From assembly GCA_963729635.1 (NCBI GenBank), contig CAVSOP010000009.1:64688-128687 (forward strand): a stretch of 64,000 bases of DNA, read 5' to 3'. Of this stretch, positions 23,421 through 33,739 are shown piece after piece. Under the pieces are notes generated by a model, which ran no database searches, was not told the DNA's origin, and saw only the letters and a program-made list of their open reading frames with translations. Source of the DNA: an uncultured archaeon. GTDB taxonomy: Archaea > Micrarchaeota > Micrarchaeia > Micrarchaeales > CABMGC01. The position numbers were made by a program, and so were the translations under genes. How positions within the stretch are numbered: position 1 is the stretch's first letter; every line of letters starts with the position of its first letter.

Positions 23421-23669
23421 TTAGCCTTTGTAGCCGCTCAAGATATTGTCCAATTCCTGAATGTTTCTGAATCTGATGGTTTCGCGCTTTCCGCTGCTTA
23501 TCTCATCCACCATCTTCTCCAGTCTCTTCAAGGTGCTTACTCTTATTTCACCGTCGCTATGCCCCCCCGCCTCCACTTCAACCAGAATTGATTCCAGTAA
23601 CTTTTTGACTTCATCCAGTTTTGTTTGTATATCTGATTTCCTACTCTTCTGCAATTGCACTGCCCTCAT
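23421..23669 (-). CDS. Hypothetical coiled-coil protein
   Basis: 82 aa from the internal ATG at 23669. The longer track ORF (to 23765) would run through the att-like tRNA fragment. No family recognised. Confidence 0.35.
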   Translation of the reverse strand: MRAVQLQKSRKSDIQTKLDEVKKLLESILVEVEAGGHSDGEIRVSTLKRLEKMVDEISSGKRETIRFRNIQELDNILSGYKG

Positions 23670-23927
23670 ACCTTCGCCCGTAATATCTATCAATATTCGG
23701 GTTCTTAAAACTTCCCTTGAGATGAAGGAAGTAGAGCCTCGAATGCCTAACCCTGGCGAATTCAAATCCTACAGATGCGGCTCTCATTCGTGCTTGCCAC
23801 TCCTTAATCCAACTCGGATGAAGTTGGGGCCCTTCACGAAACCCTTATCCTTCCATAAATCCATGGCGCCCTTCACGACGAGCACAGCTTCCTTGCGTCG
23901 CCGACCCCGGACACGAGGTGCGCCTTC

Positions 23928-24866
23928 TCAGATTATCGACTGGGACACGGCGTTGAGGTACTGCTGCGGTACGACAAGCTCGGAACTGGTCACGTTCATC
24001 GAGACCACCGTGGCCGTGAATGCGAAGGAGCTCGGGACGCCGCCCACTACGGTGGTGTCGTTGAAGTACAGGGGTATCCCGTATCCCTTGTCGATGCACA
24101 GTTCCACTACGGTGTAGTTGGACCGGAGGTTCGCCGCGGTCGCGTTAGAGATCACGAAGTCATCGCAGCTCCTTCCCGCCATGCGCTTGGTCCCGCCGTA
24201 CGTGACTGTGTTGTTGAAGACAAGGTAGCTCAGCGAGCTGACGTTGGCGGCCGTGAACGGCGTCTCTTCAAGGTAGCTCAGCCCCTGGTCCCCTGTGGCG
24301 CACTGCAGGCTCGAGTTCGAGACCAGCATGGACGAGTAGCTCGTGTCGTTGAAGCAGGTTATCGTCGCGTTGGTGTTGTAATAGTACACGCCGCTCACGT
24401 TCTCCGCCAGCCGGATCCCGTTCTTGGCGTTGGTGTACGCCACTATGCTGGTGATCGAGGTCCTGTTGTAGTCGCCCAGCTTGTACGAGTCTATCGTCTG
24501 GTTGTTGGTCAGGGCTATCGTAAGGTTGCTGGACTGCCTCACGTACTGCGTCGCGTTGCTGGAATAGTAGGAGACGTAGAGGTCGCTGACGTTCAGCGAC
24601 TTCTCCAGGTCGCTGACGAGGAGCGCCTGCGTCTGGTTCAGGTTGGCGCTGGAGACGTTTTGGAATATCTGCTCGCTGCTGAGTCCCTGCCCGCTTCCCG
24701 ACAGCACGTAGTACGCGATGGCTATCAGCGCCCCGACGACTATTATCATGACGGCGTACTTCAGCAGGTTCCCGTTGCCGCCCGGCTTCGCGGCCCGAGG
24801 AGCATTGAAGGGGCCGTTCTGACCGCCGTCCGCACCGTCACTGACCGGTATGTTTTTCTTAGCCAT
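23928..24866 (-). CDS. Membrane-anchored extracellular protein, extremely N-glycosylation sequon-rich
   Basis: 312 aa. N-terminal TM (YAVMIIVVGALIAIAYYVL) followed by about 17 N-x-S/T sequons. Confidence 0.75.
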   Translation of the reverse strand: MAKKNIPVSDGADGGQNGPFNAPRAAKPGGNGNLLKYAVMIIVVGALIAIAYYVLSGSGQGLSSEQIFQNVSSANLNQTQALLVSDLEKSLNVSDLYVSYYSSNATQYVRQSSNLTIALTNNQTIDSYKLGDYNRTSITSIVAYTNAKNGIRLAENVSGVYYYNTNATITCFNDTSYSSMLVSNSSLQCATGDQGLSYLEETPFTAANVSSLSYLVFNNTVTYGGTKRMAGRSCDDFVISNATAANLRSNYTVVELCIDKGYGIPLYFNDTTVVGGVPSSFAFTATVVSMNVTSSELVVPQQYLNAVSQSII

Positions 24867-24968
24867 TGCGTCACGCTTGTATTTTAGGCCGAAGCACGTT
24901 TAACACCTACAATTGGTAGATATGTTTTAATATATTGAATAGCGAAGGCTATCTCAGGAGGAGTACGC

Positions 24969-26357
24969 ATGCTTTTCTACAACACGCTCACGCGGCGCAA
25001 GATGAAGTTCGTCCCGATTCATCCCGGGAAAGTGGGCCTTTACACGTGCGGCCCCACCGTCTACGACTACGCCCACATAGGCAACCTCCGGACCTACATC
25101 TTCGAGGACGTGCTGAGGCGTGCCCTGGAATACGACGGCTTTGAGGTGAGGCACGTCATGAACCTCACCGACGTGGGCCATCTCGTCTCGGATGCCGACG
25201 AGGGCGTGGACAAGATGGAGAAGGGCGCGCAGCGCGAGGGGAAGAACGCTTGGGAGATAGCGGCGAAGTACACCGAAGCCTTTTTTGATGATTCAAAGCG
25301 ACTCAACATACTCAGGCCGAGCGTGGTCTGCAAGGCGACCGACCACATCAAGGAGCAGATAGAGCTCATCAGTGCCCTAGAGAAGAAGGGGTACACGTAC
25401 CGGACATCGGACGGGATATATTTCGACAGCCTGAAATTCGGGAAGTACGGAAAGATGGCGCGGATAGACAAGGAGGGCCTCGAGGCCGGCAAGCGGGTGA
25501 GCCTCAAGGAGAAGAGGCACAGCACCGATTTCGCCCTCTGGAAGTTCAGCCCGAAGGACGCGAAGAGGCAGATGGAGTGGGAGAGCCCGTGGGGCACGGG
25601 TTTCCCCGGCTGGCACATAGAGTGCAGCGCGATGAGCATGAAATACCTCGGCGAGCACTTCGATATCCACTGCGGAGGCATAGACCACATCCCGATACAC
25701 CACACCAACGAGATCGCGCAGAGCGAGGCGGCCACCGGGAAGAAGTTCGTCAACTTCTGGCTGCACAGCCAGCACCTCATAACCGAGAACGGGAAGATGT
25801 CGAAGTCCTCGGGGGAGTTCCTGACGCTCAACCGGCTGGTTGAGAAGGGCTTCGACCCTCTCGACTACAGGTACTACTGCCTGGGCACCAACTACCGGAA
25901 GAGCCTGACCTTCACCCAGAAAAGGCTGGAGACCGCGAGGGAGGACTTCGCCAGGCTGAGGAAGGAGATCCTGGAGCTCAGGAATAGGTCGGCGCGCGGA
26001 ACGCCCGCCCCGGGCAAGAATGCGCAGGAGTACGACAAGAGGTTCCTGAAGGGCATAAACGACGACCTGAACACCCACGAGGTGCTGCGGGTCCTGCACG
26101 ACCTGCTGAATGACCCCGATGTCGCTCCAGCGGACAAGTACGCATCGGCATTGAAATACGACCGGGTCTTCGGCCTCGGCCTCGGCTCCCTGAAGGAGGC
26201 GCGCATACCTCCCGAGGTGCGCGAACTCGCCGAGCAGCGGGAGGCCGCGAGGAAGGGCAAGAACTGGAAGCTCTCCGACGAGCTGAGGGAGAGGATCGCC
26301 AAGAAGGGTTTCGCTATAGAGGACAACCCCGAGGGGTACGAGATAATCGCGAAGTGA
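24969..26357 (+). CDS. cysS: Cysteine--tRNA ligase
   Basis: 462 aa. HIGN (YAHIGNLRTY) and KMSKS (GKMSKSSGEF) class-I signatures, plus WHIECSAM. Confidence 0.95.
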   Translation: MLFYNTLTRRKMKFVPIHPGKVGLYTCGPTVYDYAHIGNLRTYIFEDVLRRALEYDGFEVRHVMNLTDVGHLVSDADEGVDKMEKGAQREGKNAWEIAAKYTEAFFDDSKRLNILRPSVVCKATDHIKEQIELISALEKKGYTYRTSDGIYFDSLKFGKYGKMARIDKEGLEAGKRVSLKEKRHSTDFALWKFSPKDAKRQMEWESPWGTGFPGWHIECSAMSMKYLGEHFDIHCGGIDHIPIHHTNEIAQSEAATGKKFVNFWLHSQHLITENGKMSKSSGEFLTLNRLVEKGFDPLDYRYYCLGTNYRKSLTFTQKRLETAREDFARLRKEILELRNRSARGTPAPGKNAQEYDKRFLKGINDDLNTHEVLRVLHDLLNDPDVAPADKYASALKYDRVFGLGLGSLKEARIPPEVRELAEQREAARKGKNWKLSDELRERIAKKGFAIEDNPEGYEIIAK

Positions 26358-26369
26358 TCCCGTTCGGCT

Positions 26370-26600
26370 TCACGTAGCCAGCTCCACCATCTTATTGCGT
26401 CCCGCCCCGCCCTTGACTATCCTTACCCGGGACTTCGGGACGCCGAAGTGCTCGGCCAGCAGCTCGACGAGCCTCTCGTTAGCCCTGCCTTCCACGGCGC
26501 GGGCGTCGACCCTGACCTTGTAGTTCTGGTCATCGATCCTGAGGACCAGCGGGCTCCTGGCGTTCGGCGTGACCCTGACGTTTATCCGCATACGCATCAC
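26370..26600 (-). CDS. DUF167 (YggU-like) protein
   Basis: 76 aa. VRVTPNARS...YKVRVDARAVEGRANERLVELLAEHFGVPKSRVRIVKGGAGRNK matches DUF167/UPF0235. Confidence 0.75.
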   Translation of the reverse strand: MMRMRINVRVTPNARSPLVLRIDDQNYKVRVDARAVEGRANERLVELLAEHFGVPKSRVRIVKGGAGRNKMVELAT

Positions 26601-26654
26601 ACTGGTGATATAATATAAATAATCCTTTTCATCATCCTATAGCAGAGGGAGTGA

Positions 26655-26894
26655 ATGGCCAAGGAGAAGAAAAGCAGGATCACGATCGCGAAGGAGTACA
26701 AGCAGCTCGAGGGCATGTCTCGCGCCCTCGCGGCGCACCAGAAGGACGTGCACGCCGTCGGGAAGAGCATAGCCAGGAAGATGAGCACCAACATGAAGTA
26801 CGGCCTCGTCGAGAACCTGAACACGGTGGAGGGGCACATAGGCAGGGCGAGGAAGGAGGTCGACAGGGCGATGAAGGCGCTCAAGTCGATCTGA
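26655..26894 (+). CDS. Hypothetical small helical protein
   Basis: 79 aa. GC-rich third positions like the backbone genes, with GGAGTGA upstream. The antisense ORF 26597..26965 is rejected. Confidence 0.55.
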   Translation: MAKEKKSRITIAKEYKQLEGMSRALAAHQKDVHAVGKSIARKMSTNMKYGLVENLNTVEGHIGRARKEVDRAMKALKSI

Positions 26895-26992
26895 GCGCAT
26901 CCGCGCATTCCCGCATAGGTTTCAGCGCCGGGAGGATGACCCCTGTTCGGTATTATAAACCGCAAGCGGCAAATGGTCTAAAGAGGAAGTAA

Positions 26993-28734
26993 ATGTCCAG
27001 CGTTTCTGTAAGGATATCTGGTGCGAACGGCGACGGCGTAGAGTCCAGCGGCGCGCTCCTCGCGAAGGTCGCGGCCAGGAGCGGCCTTCAGGTCTTCGGC
27101 CACCGCGGCTACCAGTCAGTCATACGTGGAGGGCACGTGTGGAACCAGGTGCGCATCGCTGACGAGAAGCCGTGGAGCCATGGCGAGGGCGCGGACATAC
27201 TTGTCGCGCTCAACCAGGATTCGATAACTTACCAGCGGAGCCATCTCCGCGACGGTGCGACCATCATCTACGACCCGACGAAGGTGAGCGTGGAGTCGAT
27301 CGACACCGCGAAGTACCGGCTGCTGCCCATACCGCTCCTCGACATTGCCCTAAAGGAGGGCGGGGACGCGATAATGCGCAACGTCGTAGCGGTCGGCGCG
27401 GTCCTCGGACTCGTGGGCATGGACATACGGGTCTTGGACGAGGTGCTGAGCGGCATGTTCTCCAAGAAAGGGCAGCAGGCCGTGGACGGCAATGTGAAGT
27501 CCGCATCGGCCGGATATTCCTACGCCGGAGTGAAACCCATCTGCTCTTTGAAGGGCGACGGCAAGACCAGGTACGTGCTTGACGGCAACTCCGCGCTCGC
27601 GATGGGAGCCTACGCGGGAGGATGCAAGTTCTATGCCGCTTACCCGATGACCCCGGCGACCGGGATACTCGCACTGGTTCGCCGCGCACGAGGACAAGGG
27701 GGCGATGTTCAAGCAGACTGAGGACGAGATCGCTGCGATCAACATGACTATCGGCGCCGCGCACGCCGGTGTCCGCGCGATGTGCGGCACGAGCGGAGGG
27801 GGATTCTCGCTGATGGTGGAGGCCCTCGGCATGGCCGGGATGATGGAGGTGCCGATAGTCGTGGTGAATTCGCAGAGGACCGGCCCGAGCACCGGGCCTC
27901 CCTTCCAAGACCGAGCAGGGCGACCTGCTCTTCGTGATGCACGCCTCGCAGGGCGAGTTCCCGAGGATCGTCGTCGCGCCGAGGAGCGTGGAGGAGTGCT
28001 TCAGGGTCGGGAGCGACGCATTCAACCTCGCCGAGCGATACCAGTGCCCCGTCCTGGTGCTTCTCGACCAGTACCTCTCCGAGCACATCGAGAGCGTGGA
28101 CGGGTTCGACTTCGGCTTCGATAAAGATTGACAGGGGCAAAGTCGCGAAAGAAAACGCAGACGGAGGGAAGGTTCAAGAGATACGCGTTAACCGAGGACG
28201 GAGTGTCCCCGAGGTCTTTGCCCGGGACGCCTGGACTTGGAGTTCGTGGCGACGAGCTACGAGCACAACGAGTACGGCGACCTGGTCAGCGACGTCCTCT
28301 CCGGTATAGACGAGCACGTCCTGATGAGGAAGAAGATGCACGAGAAGAGGATGAGGAAGATCGACACATGCTGAAGAACGAGAAGGTATTCGTCCCGGAG
28401 GTCGTGAACGAAGGCGCCAAGTACCACCTGGTGGCGTTCGGCTCCACCGCAGAATCCGCCAGCGGAGGCGGTCGACCTGCTGAAGAAGCAGGGCCTGGAC
28501 TTCGGGCTGATATCCTTCAATTACCTGATGCCTCTGGACGGCGAGAAAACCCGGGCGATCCTTTCCGGGAAGAAGCTCATCGACGTGGAGTGCAACTTCA
28601 CCGCGCAGCTCGCGCAGGTCATAAAGTCGAGCACCGGGATCGACATGCCGAGCAGGATACTGAAATACGACGGCGAGGCGATCACCGGAGAGGAGATCGC
28701 GGAGAGGGCGAAGGAGGAGATCAAGAGCCTGTGA
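26993..28734 (+). CDS. 2-oxoacid:ferredoxin oxidoreductase, fused gamma/alpha subunit (multiply frame-disrupted in this sequence)
   Basis: Gamma-like N-terminus (ISGANGDGVESSG...GYQSVIRGGHVW), then alpha (YAAYPMTPATGIL / FKQTEDEIAAINM / GGGFSLM / NSQRTGPSTG / SKTEQGDLLFV / FKRYALTEDGVSPRSLPG / ...ILKYDGEAITGEEI). Reconstruction needs about 7 frame switches. Fragments include ORFs 26993..27721, 27705.., 27934..28131 and 28528..28734. Confidence 0.8.
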
Positions 28735-28742
28735 TCATATGG

Positions 28743-29634
28743 ATGCCATACGAACAACCTAACGCGCAACCCACGCAGCCCTACGCGTCGGGGGCGAAGC
28801 CGGTGTGGTGCCCTGGCTGCGGCGACCACGTCGTCGTCGCCATGCTGAACAAGGCGCTCACGGAGCTCGGGATCGAGAAGAGCAAGGTGCTCATCGTCTC
28901 TGGGATAGGATGCAGCTCGGCCATGCCGCACTCCGTTCAGCTGCTACGGGGTCGACAGCCTGCACGGCAGGCTGCTCCCCTTCGCGTCCGGGGCGAAGCT
29001 GGCCAACGACGAACTCACAGTCATAGGCACGGGCGGGGACGGCGACGGCTATGGCATCGGGGGAGGCCACCTGGTGCACACCGCGCGCAGGAACATAGAC
29101 ATGACCTACATAGTCATGAACAACGAGATCTACGGCCTCACCACCGGCCAGGCGTCGCCGACGAGCATGATGGGCGCCAAGACGAAGTCCACCCCGTTCG
29201 GCGACATCGAGTCGCCGCTCAATTCGGTCTCGCTGGCGATAAGCTCAGGCGCGACATACGTCGCCAGGGCGTTCGCGGGCGAGCCCGCGCAGCTCGCCGA
29301 GCTGATAAAGAACGGGATAACGCACAAGGGCTTCGCGATCATAGACGTCCTGAGCCCCTGCGTCTCCTTCAACAACCTGAATACGTACGACTGGTTCAGG
29401 AAGCGGGTCTACAAGCTCGACCAGAGCCATGACCCCTCGGACAGGAACGCGGCCATCCTCAAGGCGATGGAGTGCGAGAGCAGCGGTTGGGATAAGATAC
29501 CCATCGGACTGTTCTATCAGGCCTCGAGGCCCGTCTACAGCGAGCTCGACGTGGCGCTCAAGAAGGGGCCCCTGATAAGGCAGCCCATGCCGACCAGGGA
29601 CGAGATTTCGGGCGTGATGGACGAGTACAAGTGA
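28743..29634 (+). CDS. 2-oxoacid:ferredoxin oxidoreductase, beta subunit (one frame disruption)
   Basis: WCPGCGDHVV...SGIGCSS (inside the frame of ORF 28128..29432), then GGDGDGYGIGGGHLVHTARRNIDMTYIVMNNEIYGLTTGQ (frame of ORF 29074..29634). Switch near 28930. Confidence 0.8.
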
Positions 29635-29725
29635 CCGCGTCCCACACGCCCTCCCGGGAAAACCTAAGCGTTCCTCAGCGTCTTTTAAAGGTTGGCTGAG
29701 CAGGTAGACCATAAGGTGCCATGAT

Positions 29726-30598
29726 ATGCCTGCGAAAACCAAAGATTCCGGAAACTGCCATTGCGGATCCGCCTTTACCAAGGTCCTGACTGTGATCGGT
29801 GCTTTGGCGATAGCGTTCGCGATACTGATGGGCCTTGCCTTCGCGGTAAGGGTCATCGCGGGAGGCGCCGCCGCCAGAGGCGCTTACGTCGGGGTCTTCC
29901 CGAACCAGTACGGGAACATGCGCACGATAACGCTTACCGCATCGGGATCGGCTTCCGCCGCGCCGGATATGGCCGAGATAATGGTGTTTATGAACGGGAC
30001 AGGGCAGACGGCCGCCCTGGCAAACGCGAACCTGAGCACGACGGTCGCGGCCATGAACAGGACGTGATGCCTTTCCTCAACGGCAACACCTCACTGATCC
30101 AAACGACGAGCTACCAGATATACCCTGCTACCAACTGCACCTATCCCGTGGTAACGCCTGCCACAATTCCTGTCACGACCCTGCCATACTATTGCGTAAC
30201 TCACAAGCTGCCCTACTACGTCGCGTCGGAGAGCTTCGTGATAAGCGTGCCTAGCATAAGGAACTCATCCCAGGCCATAACCGGCCTGTCAAAGATACCC
30301 GGCATCCAGCTGCAGGGCGTCCAGGCGGCGCTCAGCACGGGCCTGCAGGGCACGCTGAACAGGAGGCGCTGTCCGTGGCGCTCGCGAACGCCACCAGCCA
30401 AGCGCAGCTGCTCGCGGGCTGGGGAGTGCACATCTCCGTGGAGAACATAACCGTGCAGTCCGGCCTGGTCTACTACCCCGCTAAGGTTGCGATGCTTCGA
30501 ACGCCGGCGGATCCGTTGCGGTCGTCAATTCCTCGGCGTTCTACGGAGGGAAGGCTACGACGCAGAAGAGCATACACGTCGTGTTCGGCATCCAGTAG
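29726..30598 (+). CDS. SIMPL/DUF541-like secreted protein (frame-disrupted in this sequence)
   Basis: N-terminal TM. ITLTASGSASAAPDMAEIMVF resembles the DUF541 start. Continues through 3 more frames (ORFs 29726..30067, 29761-frame, 30375-frame) to a stop at 30596..30598. Confidence 0.45.
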
Positions 30599-30670
30599 GA
30601 TGCCGTCGCCTTGCTGTGTCATCCGAGAGACAGAGCGGAATGATACAACATGCCAGTCTGACCGAGGGAG

Positions 30671-31845
30671 TTGATTTTGACTGAAAACAAGTATCTTTTA
30701 TTCATGGACCGCAGGTTCAGGTCGATGGCGCGAGAGGAGGCGATGTCGCTCTTCCCCGGCTGCAGGCTGGAGAAGTACGGGACGCAGGGAGTCGTCTGCC
30801 CCCTGATGGTCCTTACAGAGAACGATGTCAATCTCTCGAAGGCCGACGCAACTTTCATAGACTTCGCGGTGCGCATAGATGCGACGCTTGAGGACGCGAA
30901 GGGGGATTACGACAGGATCGAGGGCGCGATAGCCGAAGTCCTCGGGAAGAACCCCGGCAAGTCCTTCAGGCTGGAGGTGAGGAACATAGAGTCCAGGATA
31001 GGGCAGAACGCCAAGACCATTGAGGTGCGCCTCGGCAGGAAGCTCGAGGAGCACGGTTTCCTCGCGGACATCCACAAAGGGGAAGTCGTGATCTACGTGG
31101 TGCTCATCAACGACGACGTGCTCATCGGCCACGCGGATGCGCGCACGGGCAGAGGCCTCGCTATGGATATGCTCAGGCTGGAGCAGGCCGAAACGGGCAG
31201 GATGATCAACAGGGCGGAGTTCAAGATGAAGGAGGCGGTGGAGTTCTTTGGCGTGGACCTGAAGAAGGTCAGGACCTGCCTTGACATCGGCGCGGCACCG
31301 GGCGGCTGGACGCACTACCTTTCGCAGCGGGGCGTCAGGGTTGTGGCGAGGGACACCGCGCTCCTGGATTACGGGAAGGTCGCAGAAGGGAAAAGCGTGC
31401 TAGTGCTTGTGAATGGTGCCGACGTGACGGCTACGCGCGAGATGATAAAGTCGCTGGCGCCGGCCAGCAACGTGACAGTGGCGGACATCGACGGGCCCGA
31501 TGCGGGATTCGGGGACTACGACATAGTCCACGTCAAGGCGAGCATGCCGCAGGACAGGCTGATGGCTTTGCTCGGAAAGTTCGGGAAGTTCGACATGCTC
31601 GTGATAGACGCCAACACGCCGCCCGAGGACAGCGCCAAGATAGCCGACGAGATGGCATGCCTGACGAGGCCGGCTCGCCGCTCCTGATGACCGTGAAGCT
31701 CGTCAGCCTTTCCTTCAGGAGACACATAAGAGTCGATAAAGGACGGGCTTGCGAAGAGCTACGATTCGGTAAGGATAAAGAAGCTGATCCACAACCGGAT
31801 GGAGCTGACAGCCTACGCCATCTCAAGAGGAAAGCAGGAACCTGA
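30671..31845 (+). CDS. RlmM/FtsJ-like RNA 2'-O-methyltransferase with THUMP-like N-domain (3' end frame-disrupted; stop uncertain)
   Basis: INRAEFKMKEAVEFF...CLDIGAAPGGWTHYL is the FtsJ/RlmM SAM motif. The C-terminal ...IKKLIHNRMELTAYAISRG parallels the RlmM end but lies in shifted frames (switches near 31670 and 31735). TTG start at 30671. Confidence 0.55.
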
Positions 31846-31920
31846 TCCGGAGTCCATGTCAGCCGTGGTGGTGGCCGCAGCCGCACGAATGCTTGCCGCA
31901 ATCCCCCGTCCCCGAGGAAC

Positions 31921-32121
31921 TTATCCTTTACGCATTCGTCCAGGTTCAGGCACTTCCTTATCAGCCTCGGGGTCCTTCGCGGCCTTCTTCGCAAGGCCTT
32001 CGCACGACCCGTACCCGCACGCGCCGCAGTTGAACTTCGGCAGCATCTCCAGAATCTTCTCGACATCCTTGTCAGCAGGCATAGTGATCTCACCGAGAAT
32101 CCTCTGATATATGGTGCTCAA
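31921..32121 (-). CDS. Small putative Fe-S cluster-binding protein (RnfB-N/FeS domain-like)
   Basis: 66 aa. LPKFNCGACGYGSCEGLAKKAAK matches the LP..dCg.CGy..C..yA motif of the PF04060-type domain. Confidence 0.5.
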   Translation of the reverse strand: MSTIYQRILGEITMPADKDVEKILEMLPKFNCGACGYGSCEGLAKKAAKDPEADKEVPEPGRMRKG

Positions 32122-32230
32122 CAGCTATTAACTTTTCTTTTAAGGCGCGGCCTGCGTGCCCGCCGCATGATCCATGCAAATAGGCTTATTAACGGGGAAA
32201 ACAAACAATATTGCAAGTGACTTTGGTAAT

Positions 32231-32479
32231 ATGATGCCCAGCAGGAAATTCCAGAAGCGGCCGGAGGACTTCGTCTGCGAGAAGTGCGGCGCGGAGGTGA
32301 AGGGCAGCGGCTACACTGACCACTGCCCGAAATGCCTGGTCAGCAAGCACGTCGACAACAATCCCGGAGACAGGGCGTCGGAGTGCAAGGCGCTGATGTT
32401 CCCGGTCAGGACGCACTACAAGGACGGAGGGTTCATAATAACCTACAAATGCAGTGGCTGCGGAAGATCAAGGAAATGA
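32231..32479 (+). CDS. RNHCP domain protein (3' end possibly frame-disrupted)
   Basis: FVCEKCGAEV...GYTDHCPKCLVSKHVD...YKCSGCG matches the RNHCP zinc-ribbon pattern. The likely natural C-terminus (IKEMKAAADDNEELLFKLL) lies in the next frame. Confidence 0.55.
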   Translation: MMPSRKFQKRPEDFVCEKCGAEVKGSGYTDHCPKCLVSKHVDNNPGDRASECKALMFPVRTHYKDGGFIITYKCSGCGRSRK

Positions 32480-32521
32480 AGGCCGCTGCGGACGACAACG
32501 AGGAATTGCTGTTCAAGCTGC

Positions 32522-33345
32522 TTAACGTGAGGACAATAGCGGACAGCCAACAGCTATGCCTTTATCATGGTCCCCTAGCACTTCTTCGCCTTTCAGTGCC
32601 TTGGTCAATGTTCCCGGGGGTGAGCGCGTTCACTATCTGCGATTCTATGCCGATCCCGAGCAACTCGGAGACCTTCTCTGGACATTCCCCCGGTGACGTC
32701 GGTAGCGGTGGAGCCCGTCAGCCCTATTTTACCTGGTCTATGTTCGCTGAGTTTATCTCTCGTATCAATTCGCATCCGGATTCTTGTTGGGATCGGAGGT
32801 GAAAACGCCGTCCACGTTCCCCGCGTGTATGATCCTTTCCGCATTCAACTTGACCGCCAGGTAAGGCGCGATCTCGTCGCCGGAGAGGATCGAGCACTTC
32901 TGCTTCTCGTCATAGGCGGGGACTCCATAGAGGACAGGGACCATGCCTATCTCCACCAACTTTTCTAGCGTGGTGGTGCACATATTCGACCAGTTTGCCA
33001 GAATTCATGACCGCCGATGCCGACGCCTGGAGCGGGAACGCGGGCACGTCCTCTGCTATCAGGTACTTTGTGACCATGCAGTTAAGTTCGTTCTGCAGTC
33101 TCTGGGTCTCAGCGAAGTCCTTCAGCTGGCTGTCCGTCCTTATGCCTTTGTCGATTCCCGTCTTTTTCACTATGACGTGGCCGTACGAACCGACGCCGTG
33201 GATTATTATCAGCCCCTCCTTGCGGTTCCACGCAGAAGAGATTTCCTTAGAGATCTTTGTCAGGTTCTCCGGGTTTATCCTGGGCAGTGTCGCTGAACTT
33301 GTCCGTGATAACGGAGCCCCCGACTTTCAATATTGTAAGGTTCAT
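32522..33345 (-). CDS. Isopentenyl phosphate kinase (multiply frame-disrupted in this sequence)
   Basis: MNLTILKVGGSVITDK start at 33345. Then HGVGSYGH, ...GDEIAPYLAVKLNAERIIHAGNVDGVFTSDP and TDVTGGM...KVSELL...ALKGEEVLG are spread over about 6 frames (ORFs 33247.., 32910..33170, 32765..32983, 32605..32844). Confidence 0.7.
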
Positions 33346-33739
33346 GCCAATCACTATTCTATCATCAATGCTTTCCCCGTCGATTCTGACTCTGCTCCCC
33401 GTTTTGATGTTCTCCAGGGCAATCTTGTCGACGCACGGAATGTCGGATATTATCGCCCCAACGGCCACTATGGGCTCGCACTCCTCGTTTATGATGGCGA
33501 TCGGGGCGACGCCGTTCTTCTTCATCCGGTACAGCACGTAGGAGCCGACCGTGGAGCCCTTTCCGGTGGGGAAGACCAGCACCTTGCCCTTTACGCTCTT
33601 GCCCTCCAGCGGGTGCCCCTTTTCTATGAAGATACCGGTGTCGGGGTCCACGCCGCCCAGGAATCCTATCGGCTGGCTGGAGACGAGCGCCTCGCCCTCT
33701 GCCTTGTCCGTACCTTATGACCCTTCCCTTGAGCATCAT
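33346..33739 (-). CDS. Aconitase X small (swivel, DUF126) subunit / phosphomevalonate dehydratase small subunit (one frame disruption; no stop before IPK)
   Basis: MMLKGRVIR.. then GEALVSSQPIGFLGGVDPDTGIFIEKGHPLEGKSVKGKVLVFPTGKGSTVGSYVL matches DUF126. ATGA overlap with the large-subunit stop at 33736..33739. Frame switch near 33700. Confidence 0.7.

Larger units (their letters stand above)
21986..23773. mobile_element. Remnant integrated element at tRNA-Ser (integrase + hicBA + small ORF)
   Basis: Lies directly 3' of the tRNA and is AT-richer (lines counted at 35-47% GC). Degenerate copies of the tRNA 3' end occur at 23745..23757 (CCTAACCCTGGCG vs CCCTACCCTGGCG) and 23761..23772 (TTCAAATCC-TAC). 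Confidence 0.45.

Noticed and set aside
28128-29432. 434-aa ORF presented as one protein
   Set aside because: It is a chimera of out-of-frame OFOR-alpha sequence, a short in-frame stretch of OFOR beta (WCPGCGDH...GIGCSS), and out-of-frame beta sequence. The real genes are reconstructed at 26993..28734 and 28743..29634.
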